From: a virus | Taxonomy: Duplodnaviria > Caudoviricetes | DNA length: 64,000 bases | Virus record (IMG/VR): IMGVR_UViG_3300009716_000731 | Span: 1 to 64,000 of that record | Direction: 5' to 3' (one strand) | Shown: piece by piece, positions 9,095-18,684 of the stretch | Layout of the letters: every line of letters begins with the position of its first letter | Position numbering within the stretch: position 1 is the first letter of the stretch | The notes under the pieces: generated by a model | What the model saw: only the letters and a program-made list of their open reading frames with translations | Databases searched by the model: none | Told to the model about the DNA's origin: nothing | Program-made: the position numbers and the translations under genes

Positions 9095-9994
9095 ATGAAG
9101 AAATATATTGAATTATTCGGTAAAGAAATAGAGTTAAAAACTCATAATTGTCATCTTTTTGGTCAAGAAGCACAAGAAGTTGAAGAACCTTATGTAAACT
9201 TTTATATAAGAACTAAATTTTGCAATGCAAAGTGTCAATTTTGTACTTATGCAGATGATGCAAATAAATTATCACTAAAAAGATTAGAAGAGGTATTTCA
9301 AGAAATTACTTCTAAAATTAAAATAAGAAAGGTTGCTGTCTCTGGTGGTGAGCCAACTTTATATTGGAAAAACTTTGTTGATATAACCAACATGTCTTTA
9401 CAATATGCACCTGATGCTGAATTAAGTATGAATACTGACGGATTTCGTTGGAAGCAATTATTTGAGGATCCAATTTACAAACATTATCACTATATTCAAT
9501 TATCAAGACATCACTATGATCAAGAAAAAAATGATGATGTATTTAAGTGTAAAACTCCGACAGATGAGGAAATACGTTGGGCTGCTGATTTACAAACACA
9601 TCCACATCAAATACAATTTAGATGCAATCTAATAAAGAATTATATTGATACAAAAGAAGAAGTATTTAAGTTTTTAGAGTGGACTAATTCTGTTAGAATA
9701 AATGATGTTGGTTTAGTTTCCTTAATGCCGGTAAATGATTACTCAAAAGAAAATTATATTTACTTTCATATTAAAGAGTTGATTGGTGATAATTTCTTTT
9801 TAACCAAAGAGTGGAAAAGATATGGTGGAGGATGTGAGTGTTTTAACTATGTTTATATGCCACCAGAAGAATATTTTAGACAACCAATGAAAGTATATCA
9901 TAAGAATACTTTTGCACCGTCAGACGTAAGAGAAACGCTTGTATTTGATGGTCAGAATGTTAGATTAGGATTTGATGGAGAGATAATATATTAA
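9095..9994 (+). CDS. radical SAM protein
   Basis: CNAKCQFC (CxxxCxxC), SGGEPTL, MNTDG. Confidence 0.9.
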   Translation: MKKYIELFGKEIELKTHNCHLFGQEAQEVEEPYVNFYIRTKFCNAKCQFCTYADDANKLSLKRLEEVFQEITSKIKIRKVAVSGGEPTLYWKNFVDITNMSLQYAPDAELSMNTDGFRWKQLFEDPIYKHYHYIQLSRHHYDQEKNDDVFKCKTPTDEEIRWAADLQTHPHQIQFRCNLIKNYIDTKEEVFKFLEWTNSVRINDVGLVSLMPVNDYSKENYIYFHIKELIGDNFFLTKEWKRYGGGCECFNYVYMPPEEYFRQPMKVYHKNTFAPSDVRETLVFDGQNVRLGFDGEIIY

Positions 9995-10020
9995 AAAAGA
10001 GACTTAATAAGTCTCTTTTT
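9993..10020. terminator. bidirectional intrinsic terminator
   Basis: AAAAAAGAGACTT-aat-AAGTCTCTTTTT between convergent genes. Confidence 0.8.
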
Positions 10021-10023
10021 ATT

Positions 10024-10305
10024 TTAACATGAAGATCTGCTATATCTAGCTCCACCACCACAACCATCGTCATAGTAATGTCTTTCAGGAGCAGGTGCAG
10101 GAGCTGGTGCTACTGGCCTTACTGGTTCAACTTGAGGTTCTATATCATGTTCAACACAGAACTCCATATAAGTTGATTTTTGTACGTCTCCTGCTTTAAC
10201 TAAATCATAAACAGCAGCATTAAATTTTTCTTCTAATTGTGCGCCTTTATATCTTTTGCTGTAAAAAGCGTGTAGTTTTGTTAATAAGTCTATTTCTTGT
10301 GACAT
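10024..10305 (-). CDS. hypothetical protein with PA linker and Gly/Cys-rich tail
   Basis: ...PVAPAPAPAPERHYYDDGCGGGARYSRSSC. Confidence 0.7.
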   Translation of the reverse strand: MSQEIDLLTKLHAFYSKRYKGAQLEEKFNAAVYDLVKAGDVQKSTYMEFCVEHDIEPQVEPVRPVAPAPAPAPERHYYDDGCGGGARYSRSSC

Positions 10306-10370
10306 TATTTTATTTTATTTTTTAATTTACCAATCACATGCAAATCTTATTGTATCTAATTCGTAATCCT

Positions 10371-10646
10371 CTAATAATTTAAGAATTGCTGGATAGTATT
10401 TTCTTTTTTATCCAAATACTCACTTGCATTACCATTAATTACTTTATTACACCAATCTTTAGAGAACCTGCTGGATAGCATACCTTCATCCCACATATCC
10501 ATCTTATCAAAGAATTCATTTCCATCGAAGTCAAAGTCATTATTATCTATAAATTCTAAAAAATCAGATGCACTTGCAACAGGTTCTATGAATACACCTC
10601 TTTTGGTAGACTCACTTATTTTATTAAATTTTCGTAAATGTTTCAT
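10371..10646 (-). CDS. N-tagged hypothetical protein, probably frameshifted near the 3' end
   Basis: MKHLRKFNKISES; the -1 frame gives ...KYYPAILKLLEDYELDTIRFACDW* ending near 10327. Confidence 0.65.
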   Translation of the reverse strand: MKHLRKFNKISESTKRGVFIEPVASASDFLEFIDNNDFDFDGNEFFDKMDMWDEGMLSSRFSKDWCNKVINGNASEYLDKKENTIQQFLNY

Positions 10647-10684
10647 AATATTATTTTTTTTATAAGGTTCAACTTTTTCATAAC

Positions 10685-11698
10685 TTATATATTAAAATTA
10701 TTTTTTACAATTTTAACACATTCATCAAATCTTTCTTTCCAATCTCCACCAACTTCAACATAATTATATCTTCTTGCTGAAAGTTCAGATTTTATTCTAT
10801 CATAATGTTGTTGTCTTTCTTCTAAAAAATTTCTAGTTCCATCTTGAATAGCTTCACAATCAGGTTTCAATAACAAATATAAATCATAAGGTTTGCTATT
10901 TGCTATTTTAACTTCTAACTGATCTTCTACTTCTTTATAATCATCATCTTTACAATACATAGAAACAAAAAGCAAAGTAGTTATATCCTCCGTATCACAA
11001 AATAATAATTTATTAGAACGTTTTATCAACCAATCTTCTAATGATTGTCTTCCTTCTGAAATAGGAATAAAATCTTCTAAACCTACTTTATTCCCATTTG
11101 ACTCATAAACCAATCTTCCATATTCTTCAACAAAATTAGTCTCAAAATAACTTGCAAGATTTTTAGTCATAGTTGATTTACCAACTGATTCTGGACCCAT
11201 TATGGCAATTCTTTTCACAAAAAATGGTTTAGCTTCTTTTGTAAGAAAGTCCCACTGATCAAATGGGTTATTTCTAACTGCTGTTCCAGATGTTGGTATT
11301 TTTACTCTTTCTTTATCAACTAAATAATGTTCTACTCCTAAATACCGAGCAAAACTCTCACCATAATCTTCGGATGTAAAAACAACATCTAACTCTTTAA
11401 CTAAATTATATATTTGAGGAATCCAATATGAATAAAACTCGTCTAATGAACCACACTCATAATCATGTTGTGGTAGCCCAGTATCATCAAACTGATATAC
11501 TGCTACATTAGCGTTGTCCTGGTAGGTTTTCTTTATAGATTCATATCTAACTTCACCTGGAATACTTTGCGTCTTATTATGAGATATAATGACGTGAACT
11601 TTTTCACAATTTTCGATTGCGGTGTCTATTAGGTACTTGTGACCTAAATGGAAAGGGAAAAATTTTCCCAATACCAGACCGTTTTTATATTTTTTCAT
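10685..11698 (-). CDS. nadR: NadR-type NMN adenylyltransferase / ribosylnicotinamide kinase
   Basis: GKFFPFHLGH (HxGH), SGTAVR, Walker A GPESVGKST, EEYGR, DGTR. Confidence 0.9.
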   Translation of the reverse strand: MKKYKNGLVLGKFFPFHLGHKYLIDTAIENCEKVHVIISHNKTQSIPGEVRYESIKKTYQDNANVAVYQFDDTGLPQHDYECGSLDEFYSYWIPQIYNLVKELDVVFTSEDYGESFARYLGVEHYLVDKERVKIPTSGTAVRNNPFDQWDFLTKEAKPFFVKRIAIMGPESVGKSTMTKNLASYFETNFVEEYGRLVYESNGNKVGLEDFIPISEGRQSLEDWLIKRSNKLLFCDTEDITTLLFVSMYCKDDDYKEVEDQLEVKIANSKPYDLYLLLKPDCEAIQDGTRNFLEERQQHYDRIKSELSARRYNYVEVGGDWKERFDECVKIVKNNFNI

Positions 11699-12230
11699 AT
11701 TTTTTCCATTGTTTCAATCCAGTAATTGCTAAAACTAAAAATACCGAATAAGTTATCATTGATAAGTAATCTTTATTACTTAGAAAAAGTAGTATATAAA
11801 GTATATCTGCTATAATCCAATAATACCAAGTTTGTATTTTTTTATTTGCTAAAAGTATCATTGCTACTAAGCTTAGTGATGTTGTTGTGCTATCTAATAT
11901 AACACATTTACTTTCACTAAAAGTATTTAATAAAAAAATAACTAAAAAATTGATTGCAAAAAATAAAAGACCGAAATAAGTATTCTCTATTTTATTTAGG
12001 CTGCTTACTTTAATATCATCAGAAGATTTCCAATTATACCAGCCATATAAACATTGTGCTAAAAATACCAATTGTAAAATTGTGTTTGCTAATAAGCCAA
12101 TATTATGAAAGTGTAGCATGTAAAATAGTATACCTACTATACCTAATGGCCAAGTAAGTACACTATTTCTAACCGATGCAACAACTGATGATAGGCTAAA
12201 AAGCGTTGCTAATAACTCTATAACGTTCAT
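11685..12230 (-). CDS. pnuC: PnuC nicotinamide riboside transporter
   Basis: Multi-TM; WPLGIV, LQ..F....YGWYNW, LDS.TT.LS, W..WII.D; adjacent to nadR. Confidence 0.88.
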   Translation of the reverse strand: MNVIELLATLFSLSSVVASVRNSVLTWPLGIVGILFYMLHFHNIGLLANTILQLVFLAQCLYGWYNWKSSDDIKVSSLNKIENTYFGLLFFAINFLVIFLLNTFSESKCVILDSTTTSLSLVAMILLANKKIQTWYYWIIADILYILLFLSNKDYLSMITYSVFLVLAITGLKQWKKYEKI

Positions 12231-12567
12231 TTAATTTTTTTAATAATAATTCTATTACCTGTCTAATAACATTTTTATGTATAGCAACTCGTTTATTAAC
12301 AGAAAACTTTTCTGTAAAAATTCCTCTTTTGAATGTTACCGTAAACCTCTCTTTTTCTGCAAAATATTTTATAGATAAACTATCAGTATTTAACTCTGAG
12401 TTAAATTCCCTTTCTTCATAAACTAAATATGTTGAGTGATCGAGTATCTTACCATCTTTATCTTTTCTAAAGTCTGGTTTAATCATATAATCAAAATAAA
12501 CAACATCATTGAACCTATCAAAGCACTTGAATTTATCTAAAATATGTTCTACATATATGTTTTTCAT
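12196..12567 (-). CDS. hypothetical protein
   Basis: 123 aa ORF between the TonB receptor and pnuC. Confidence 0.6.
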   Translation of the reverse strand: MKNIYVEHILDKFKCFDRFNDVVYFDYMIKPDFRKDKDGKILDHSTYLVYEEREFNSELNTDSLSIKYFAEKERFTVTFKRGIFTEKFSVNKRVAIHKNVIRQVIELLLKKLNERYRVISNAF

Positions 12568-12577
12568 TTTATTTAGT

Positions 12578-14521
12578 TTAGAATAGGTACTTAATAGTTA
12601 CTAATGCATTAATTGGTGGATTTGCAAATAATTGTCTATCTTCTTGTCCTTCAATCATATATCCATTAGTAAAATAAGTAACGCTTGTGATGTTATTTAC
12701 ACTCAATACTATTGAGTAATCCTTATTAATATAACCAATATTACTATCTATTCTTGTAAAACTTGGAATAGAATATTGGTTATCTAAGTCTAAATAACTT
12801 GAAGATTGAGATTTGGAAAGAATTTCTAATAGAAATCCTTTTTTCTCAAATGTTGCTCTAAGATTGTGATTAAATCTAGGTAGCAAAATATGCTCTCTAC
12901 CTTCTTTAGCTGATGACTTATTAAAAGCTCCATTATATGATATTGACAAATTATCTGATAGTATAACTTTAGTGTCTAATTCAACACCCGCTCTATAGCT
13001 ATTTTTTACCAATTCAGAATTTGGAACGCCACTAGGCTGAGTTCCTCCTGATTGAGCGATTTCTCTCATAAAATCCATGAAAAATAGATTAGCTTGTAAA
13101 TAAATTATTTTTGATCTGTGATTGATTCCTAATTCATAATCTATCATTTTTTCCACAGTATTATTCAGAGTTCCTGAGAAATAGTCTGCTGGATTAGAAC
13201 CATCATTAAATAAATAAGTTCTAGTTGGTTCTCTATGAGATAATCCTGCACTCAAATAATAATTAGTAGAAGAGTTTTGTTGAAAAGTTAATCCTATCTT
13301 AGGATTGAAAAAGTTCCATTCGATAGTATTAAATCTGAAAGGATTATAGCTGAAACGAATGCTTCTATATTGTAAATCGGTTGAAAAATAAAACTTTTCT
13401 ATTTTATATGATCCTTTTAGATACGTGTTAAATTCGTTCTTTACTCCGTAATTATTATTTGAGCTATCCCATGTATAACTATGATTTCTTTTATAGGAAT
13501 TTGCACTTACTCCCAAATCAAATTTTAAATCAGATGAGTAGTTTAAGTTATTAATAACTCCAAAATAATCAGAATTCAAGAATAAGTTCCTATTTCCTCC
13601 GTCTGGGGTGAAATAAGCTGAAAGGTAATCATAACCTCCATTAAGCACATTATAAAAACCTGATGTATGAAGCCTTAATGATGGTGATAGCTTTTTTGTA
13701 TATTCTAATTGAAAAAATGACTGTGTGAAGTTATCTTGTCCATCATTTTGATTATAGTTTGTTCTAGGATTATTTGCTATATCATTTTCGCTTACACCTA
13801 ACCAAGACATTCCATTTCTTGAGTTTCCAATAAAACTAGTAAACTTTAATCGGTTATTTTCTCCAAAATAACCTCCACTCATAAACACTGATCTTCCATC
13901 ACCTCCAGATCCATATCTATATCCATTTGTTCTATAATATGATGTGTTGATGTAAAGTGCTAATTTTTTTTTAGATAGTCCAGAACTAAAAGTTCCGGAT
14001 GTTCTTATTGTATTGAATTCTCCGAATGTGTATTTAATATTAGATCCTTTTTCTGTTCCATCAGGTGAAATAAAATTGACAGAACCTGCAAAAGATGCCA
14101 CTCCATTAGTAGATGTACCTACTCCCCTTTGAATTTCCATTGACTGTATATTGTCTATGAATCCTGGAAAGTTAGAAAGGAATACTCCTTGATCTTCCGG
14201 ATCATTTAGAGGTGCTCCATTAAGGGTCATGTTCATTTTCGTTTGATCTAACCCTCTCATTCTAAAATAAGTATAACCAAACGCAGTTCCATTATCCGAG
14301 TGAAAAGTTACATTAGGAGTTTGTGATAGAATAGTAGAGACTTCTTGACCAATTGAAGTTTTTTGTAAAACCTTTCTATCTAAAATAGACTTTGAAATTG
14401 GAGAAGTTTTGTTACTTCTCACACCATAAATAGATACATCTTTTAAGTTGATTGTATCATTCTGTGAATAAATAGTAGTCATAAATAAGCTTATGAGTAC
14501 TGTGAAAATTTTTTTAATCAT
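12578..14521 (-). CDS. TonB-dependent outer-membrane receptor
   Basis: Signal peptide; plug motifs FRMRG...NGAPLND, IQRGVGTSTNG...GSVNF; beta-barrel ending in C-terminal F. Confidence 0.9.
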   Translation of the reverse strand: MIKKIFTVLISLFMTTIYSQNDTINLKDVSIYGVRSNKTSPISKSILDRKVLQKTSIGQEVSTILSQTPNVTFHSDNGTAFGYTYFRMRGLDQTKMNMTLNGAPLNDPEDQGVFLSNFPGFIDNIQSMEIQRGVGTSTNGVASFAGSVNFISPDGTEKGSNIKYTFGEFNTIRTSGTFSSGLSKKKLALYINTSYYRTNGYRYGSGGDGRSVFMSGGYFGENNRLKFTSFIGNSRNGMSWLGVSENDIANNPRTNYNQNDGQDNFTQSFFQLEYTKKLSPSLRLHTSGFYNVLNGGYDYLSAYFTPDGGNRNLFLNSDYFGVINNLNYSSDLKFDLGVSANSYKRNHSYTWDSSNNNYGVKNEFNTYLKGSYKIEKFYFSTDLQYRSIRFSYNPFRFNTIEWNFFNPKIGLTFQQNSSTNYYLSAGLSHREPTRTYLFNDGSNPADYFSGTLNNTVEKMIDYELGINHRSKIIYLQANLFFMDFMREIAQSGGTQPSGVPNSELVKNSYRAGVELDTKVILSDNLSISYNGAFNKSSAKEGREHILLPRFNHNLRATFEKKGFLLEILSKSQSSSYLDLDNQYSIPSFTRIDSNIGYINKDYSIVLSVNNITSVTYFTNGYMIEGQEDRQLFANPPINALVTIKYLF

Positions 14522-14607
14522 GTTTTAATTATTTAATGCAAATATACAAAAAATTTATATTTTAGGAAAATATAGTATATAATTAAAAAGAGACTAAATG
14601 ACCTCTT

Positions 14608-15012
14608 TTATTTATAACCAAAATCCGCTGGACTTTCTCCCCAATCTCCAGTTTCCCATTTTTTAACTAAGTTAAAATATCCAGGAATTTTTGATAGGTG
14701 AACTTCCGCTCTAGCCATTAAATTTAGCGATCTTTCTGTTTTTAGATTCGACTTTAATGTAGATTTTGCTTTTTTATTTCTTACCCAAGCTATTGCGGTT
14801 TGACTATCTGAGTAAACCTCAGTATAGCCATTTTTAATAGCATAATCTAATGCGTGTACTAAACCAATAAACTCAGCTATGTTATTAGTAGAGTCACCAA
14901 TTTTAACATTAAATAAAACTTCTCCAGTTGCTATATCAACTGCTTGGTAACCGGCGGCACCGGGATTACCACGACTACTTCCATCTACACAAATTCCTGA
15001 TGTTGGTCTCAT
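14608..15012 (-). CDS. rnhA: ribonuclease H
   Basis: VDGSSRGNPG, TNNIAEF, YSDSQTA, KWET..WGE.PADFG.K. Confidence 0.88.
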   Translation of the reverse strand: MRPTSGICVDGSSRGNPGAAGYQAVDIATGEVLFNVKIGDSTNNIAEFIGLVHALDYAIKNGYTEVYSDSQTAIAWVRNKKAKSTLKSNLKTERSLNLMARAEVHLSKIPGYFNLVKKWETGDWGESPADFGYK

Positions 15013-15123
15013 ATTTTAATTATTTTTACAAATATAATATATTTTTTTGTAGTAAAATAAATAGAGATATAAAAAAAGATAAAATGGATTTTATCTCCAT
15101 TTTATCTTAATTTAAGCTTCATA

Positions 15124-15477
15124 TTATTCGTTTACTGGTTTATCCTCAGCTAAAACTTTTTCAAGCTTTTTATCTCTGATGTATTCTAATGTAGCTGGTT
15201 TATATCTAGTTTCTGTAAACTGATATGGTTCAGCGTGAGATACGCTATCCCAGTATGGAGAGTCCCAAGATGAATAAGTACCATCTAAAAGAACATACAT
15301 ATCTAATTTCTCAAAGTAAAGTGTAATGTAGTATTCATTACCATCACCCCAGTGTTGATCATAAACGGTTGATACTTCTGAGTTTTTTCCGTATGTATCG
15401 TTATTATAGATTTCATAGAAAAAGTCAGTGTCTCCAGATTTAATTTTTTCGATAATTGTTTCTCTTGTGTATTTCAT
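15124..15477 (-). CDS. phage hypothetical protein with C-terminal RDKKLEKVL tag
   Basis: G.YSSW motif; C-terminal tag. Confidence 0.75.
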   Translation of the reverse strand: MKYTRETIIEKIKSGDTDFFYEIYNNDTYGKNSEVSTVYDQHWGDGNEYYITLYFEKLDMYVLLDGTYSSWDSPYWDSVSHAEPYQFTETRYKPATLEYIRDKKLEKVLAEDKPVNE

Positions 15478-15480
15478 ATT

Positions 15481-16191
15481 TTAGTTTTTTAATTTCTTAT
15501 ATTGATTATAAAATGTTGAATTGCTTGGATTAAAATAAATCGTCTGCCAATTTTGTATTATATAGTCTGATAACCAGACTGGGTGTAATCTTGTTACAAG
15601 ATTTTGTTGTGCTTTTTGATAAGCTAGTCTATCAGGTAGATTACTAAATCTTTCTAACGAGATTACGAATGCTTCCTCAAAAAGTACTTCTTTTCTATCG
15701 TTTTCTGAAAGATTAAAAAACTTTTCAGGTGATGGATTTACATCATTAATAATCATCTTTTTATATGTTGGATTTGGATTCAACATTTGATGTAAATCAT
15801 CATGATTTATTTTACGTTTAACTCTATCGTCGAAAAACTTACCGGGTTGTACTTCAAAGTCAGTTCTTTTTTGTACACCGTGTACTGTTTCCCAATGTTG
15901 TCTCAGTTGTATTAAAAAATCTGGTAAAAGTTTACAACCTTTGATTTGTAAAAATCGAATATCAGACATTGTTTTTTGCCAGTGTATGTCATAGATAGCA
16001 TGACTTACTTTAACAGTGTAAAGCTCGTCGGGTGTCATTTCTCGATCAGGAGCAAATGGCATATAGTAATATTCAACAGATTTGTTAGATTGTTTTAATT
16101 TTGACTTATCATTTGTAATCCAGTCAATATCATTTGGTTCTCTAAAATCAGCAAAATATTTTTTAATAAGTGATGATCCAAATAAATACAT
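15481..16191 (-). CDS. phage nucleotidyltransferase-like protein
   Basis: GS...REPNDIDW N-terminal motif; LYTVKVSH; HDDLH. Confidence 0.55.
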   Translation of the reverse strand: MYLFGSSLIKKYFADFREPNDIDWITNDKSKLKQSNKSVEYYYMPFAPDREMTPDELYTVKVSHAIYDIHWQKTMSDIRFLQIKGCKLLPDFLIQLRQHWETVHGVQKRTDFEVQPGKFFDDRVKRKINHDDLHQMLNPNPTYKKMIINDVNPSPEKFFNLSENDRKEVLFEEAFVISLERFSNLPDRLAYQKAQQNLVTRLHPVWLSDYIIQNWQTIYFNPSNSTFYNQYKKLKN

Positions 16192-16562
16192 TATCTAAAT
16201 AAGTTAATAGTTAAAGGTGATGCAGGTATGTAACCTGTTTTAATTTGTTCGCAAGCTAAAAAGTATAACTCTGCTATAACTTCTTTAGGTTGATTATTTG
16301 TTAGCTCGTTAATAAATCTAACAAATTCATTGTAAGGAAGTAAAAGCTTTTGTATTCTCTTTCTATCAAAAAAAGTTAGAATCGTGATAATCATTTCATA
16401 TCTAATTATTTGATCACTTACTTTTAGTAGATGTGAGATTCTTTCATCTGATGAATTTTCAATGATGTATTTAGTTTCATCAAATGAAATATCACCGCTA
16501 TTGAATTTTTTGTTCAATAGCGTAATATTTTCTAAGTCTTTTATTTGATTTTTATTTAACAT
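16191..16562 (-). CDS. hypothetical protein
   Basis: 123 aa, translationally coupled to neighbours. Confidence 0.65.
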   Translation of the reverse strand: MLNKNQIKDLENITLLNKKFNSGDISFDETKYIIENSSDERISHLLKVSDQIIRYEMIITILTFFDRKRIQKLLLPYNEFVRFINELTNNQPKEVIAELYFLACEQIKTGYIPASPLTINLFR

Positions 16563-16846
16563 TAAATTTTAGATAAGATAAATTGCTTCATTTCAGTAAC
16601 TTCTGCTTTAGTAAAGCCAGAGCTTTCAATGTTACCTTCCCCAGTAGTTTCAATTTTAATTGTTGAGAATCCAAATAGTGGACATTCAATATTTACTGAT
16701 GCAATTTTAGAAAAAGGAATTGTTTTTTCTTTTCCGCTAAAAAGTCCAGGTTGAGAAATAGTGATTGAACTTTCACCAATAATAATTTGATGAGAAAAAA
16801 TCTTACTTGTTGAACTTGATAGTTTTGATGCTTTATAAATCTTCAT
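16562..16846 (-). CDS. bacterial PH-like domain protein
   Basis: GLFS.KEKTIPFSKIASV......FG..TIKIET.G pattern. Confidence 0.65.
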   Translation of the reverse strand: MKIYKASKLSSSTSKIFSHQIIIGESSITISQPGLFSGKEKTIPFSKIASVNIECPLFGFSTIKIETTGEGNIESSGFTKAEVTEMKQFILSKI

Positions 16847-16881
16847 ATAAATAGTTTTATTTTTTGCAAATATAATAAAAA

Positions 16882-17616
16882 TTAAAATAAGTTTTTTGTT
16901 TTATTTCTAATTTCTTGACAGAAATTTTTATCATCATTTAATTTTTTACCGTAAGATGGTATTATCTTAGTAAATTCATCAGTAAAATCTTCTGCGAAAC
17001 ATTTCTCAATTAAGTCAATCATAATTGATACTGCTGTCGAAGCACCCGGTGATGCACCTAGAAGGACTGCTAATGATCCATCAGATGATTTAATTACTTC
17101 TGTACCAAACTCTAAGATGCCTTTACCATTAGCATCTTTTTTAATTACTTGTACTCTTTGACCTGCGGTTTCTAAAATCCAATCTTTAGGATCAGCATTA
17201 GGTATAAATTCTCTTAAATAGTTAATTTTTTCTGACTTAGATTGTCTAACTTGATCAATTAGATATTTAGTTAAAGGAATATTACTTAGTCCTGCACTAA
17301 CCATTGTGACAATATTATAAAGATTTATAGACTTAAATAAGTCAAAGTAAGAACCATTTTTTAGGAACTTGGTTGAAAATCCAGCATAAGGTCCAAATAG
17401 TAACTCTTTTTTACCATCAATATATCTTGTGTCTAAGTGTGGTACAGACATTGGTGGTGCACCAATTTGTGCTTTACTATAAACTTTAGTGCTGTGTTTC
17501 TCAATCACATCAGGGTTGATACATCTTAACCATTGACCACTAACTGGAAAACCTCCATAACCAACTCCTTCTTCGATACCAGATTTTTCTAAAAGGTGAA
17601 TTGAAGCACCTAGCAT
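16882..17616 (-). pseudogene. mqo: malate:quinone oxidoreductase, C-terminal half only
   Basis: [55 protein letters not shown]; N-terminal FAD-binding half absent. Confidence 0.85.
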
Positions 17617-17624
17617 TTTTTGTT

Positions 17625-17765
17625 ATGTTGATTGGAATCATTTGCCAAAATTCAATTGATGACTTCAAAGGTAGTATCTATGATGATATTATCAGTATTT
17701 CTTTTTTAGGAAGTATATTTTTATCTATTATTTCAAATATTTTTCTTTCTTTTATAAAGAATTAA
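17625..17765 (+). pseudogene. hydrophobic 46 aa ORF, probably the 3' remnant of a membrane protein gene
   Basis: MLIGIICQNSIDDFKGSIYDDIISISFLGSIFLSIISNIFLSFIKN*; back-to-back with truncated mqo, no room for promoters. Confidence 0.4.
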
Positions 17766-17799
17766 AATTTTTTATTACCTTTGTAAAAAATTTAGTTTT

Positions 17800-18273
17800 A
17801 TGACAGAAAGTGAAAAATTCTTCAAAAATGTTATCAATGCAGTTTTATCTTTAGATATAGATACTCATGTTAATTCTATGAAAAGAGTTGATAAATATCT
17901 TAATGAAGATAATAGTAGGTATATTGAAAAAGGAGCTTCTATATTTGAACCTCAGTTTTTTGGAAAAGGATCAAAACAAGGATTTACCGTTTCTATAATT
18001 AAGGTAGATAAAAGCTTATTTACATCACATAAATATATTTGTATTGTTAAGATTGATAATGTATATGCTAGTCTTAATAGACTTTATTATGATAAAAAAG
18101 AGCATCAAAAAGATATTAAGTTGATGTTTGATCATTTAGTACAAAGAAATTTACTTTTAGAAGAAAGTCGTAGAGAAGAAAAGTTCAAAGAATATAATGG
18201 TAATTTATCTAAGTTTATAAATATTTCACAAGTTCGTGATGAAAAACTTAATGATTTATTATCAGATAAATAA
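17800..18273 (+). CDS. hypothetical protein with C-terminal RDEKLNDLL tag
   Basis: TACCTTTG upstream near 17776. Confidence 0.75.
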   Translation: MTESEKFFKNVINAVLSLDIDTHVNSMKRVDKYLNEDNSRYIEKGASIFEPQFFGKGSKQGFTVSIIKVDKSLFTSHKYICIVKIDNVYASLNRLYYDKKEHQKDIKLMFDHLVQRNLLLEESRREEKFKEYNGNLSKFINISQVRDEKLNDLLSDK

Positions 18274-18331
18274 TTTTTATTTATCTTTGCAAAGAATTAA
18301 AAACAAATAATTAAAAAATAATATATAAGAT

Positions 18332-18388
18332 ATGAAAGTTACAAAAACAACATTACGAATCATTATGATTGACTTAACGAGTCAGTAG
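18332..18388 (+). CDS. putative attenuator leader peptide MKVTKTTLRIIMIDLTSQ*
   Basis: 18-codon uORF after TATCTTTG (near 18282) and TAATATATA motifs, overlapping the antiterminator strand. Confidence 0.65.
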   Translation: MKVTKTTLRIIMIDLTSQ

Positions 18389-18450
18389 TGCTATTTTTGT
18401 ACCTATACGAAACTACTAACCCTGTCAATCATTTTGACAGGGTTTTTTTT
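18365..18450 (+). promoter_or_regulatory. transcription attenuator (terminator/antiterminator)
   Basis: Terminator AACCCTGTCAA-tcatt-TTGACAGGGTT plus T-run (18418-18450); ATGATTGAC (18365-18373) complements GTCAATCAT (18424-18432); competing TGACT/AGTCA hairpin. Confidence 0.7.
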
Positions 18451-18477
18451 ATTTATCAAAAATTAAAATTAATTATT

Positions 18478-18684
18478 ATGAAAACAAAAGATACGTCCTG
18501 GTTGCAGGACAAAATACAAGATATAAAACGAAGAAAACGAAGATTAAAACTAATACAAGATCCAGAACTTGTTAAGAAAGGTAAAAAAGATCTAAAACGA
18601 GAATATAGAGCGAGTAAAAGATCAGAGAAAAACTTTCTTAAAGAGTGGATTAAAAATGAATTAAACGATGAAAACAAAGAATAG
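18478..18684 (+). CDS. small highly basic protein
   Basis: 68 aa from the ATG after the attenuator (MKTKDTSWLQDK...), Lys/Arg-rich. Confidence 0.7.
   Translation: MKTKDTSWLQDKIQDIKRRKRRLKLIQDPELVKKGKKDLKREYRASKRSEKNFLKEWIKNELNDENKE

Noticed and set aside
10395-10412. Programmed -1 frameshift
   Set aside because: The A-run is not in the canonical X_XXY_YYZ frame and no stimulatory structure is evident
18388-18477. GTG-started N-terminal extension of the basic protein
   Set aside because: It runs through the attenuator hairpin; ATG 18478 is the better start
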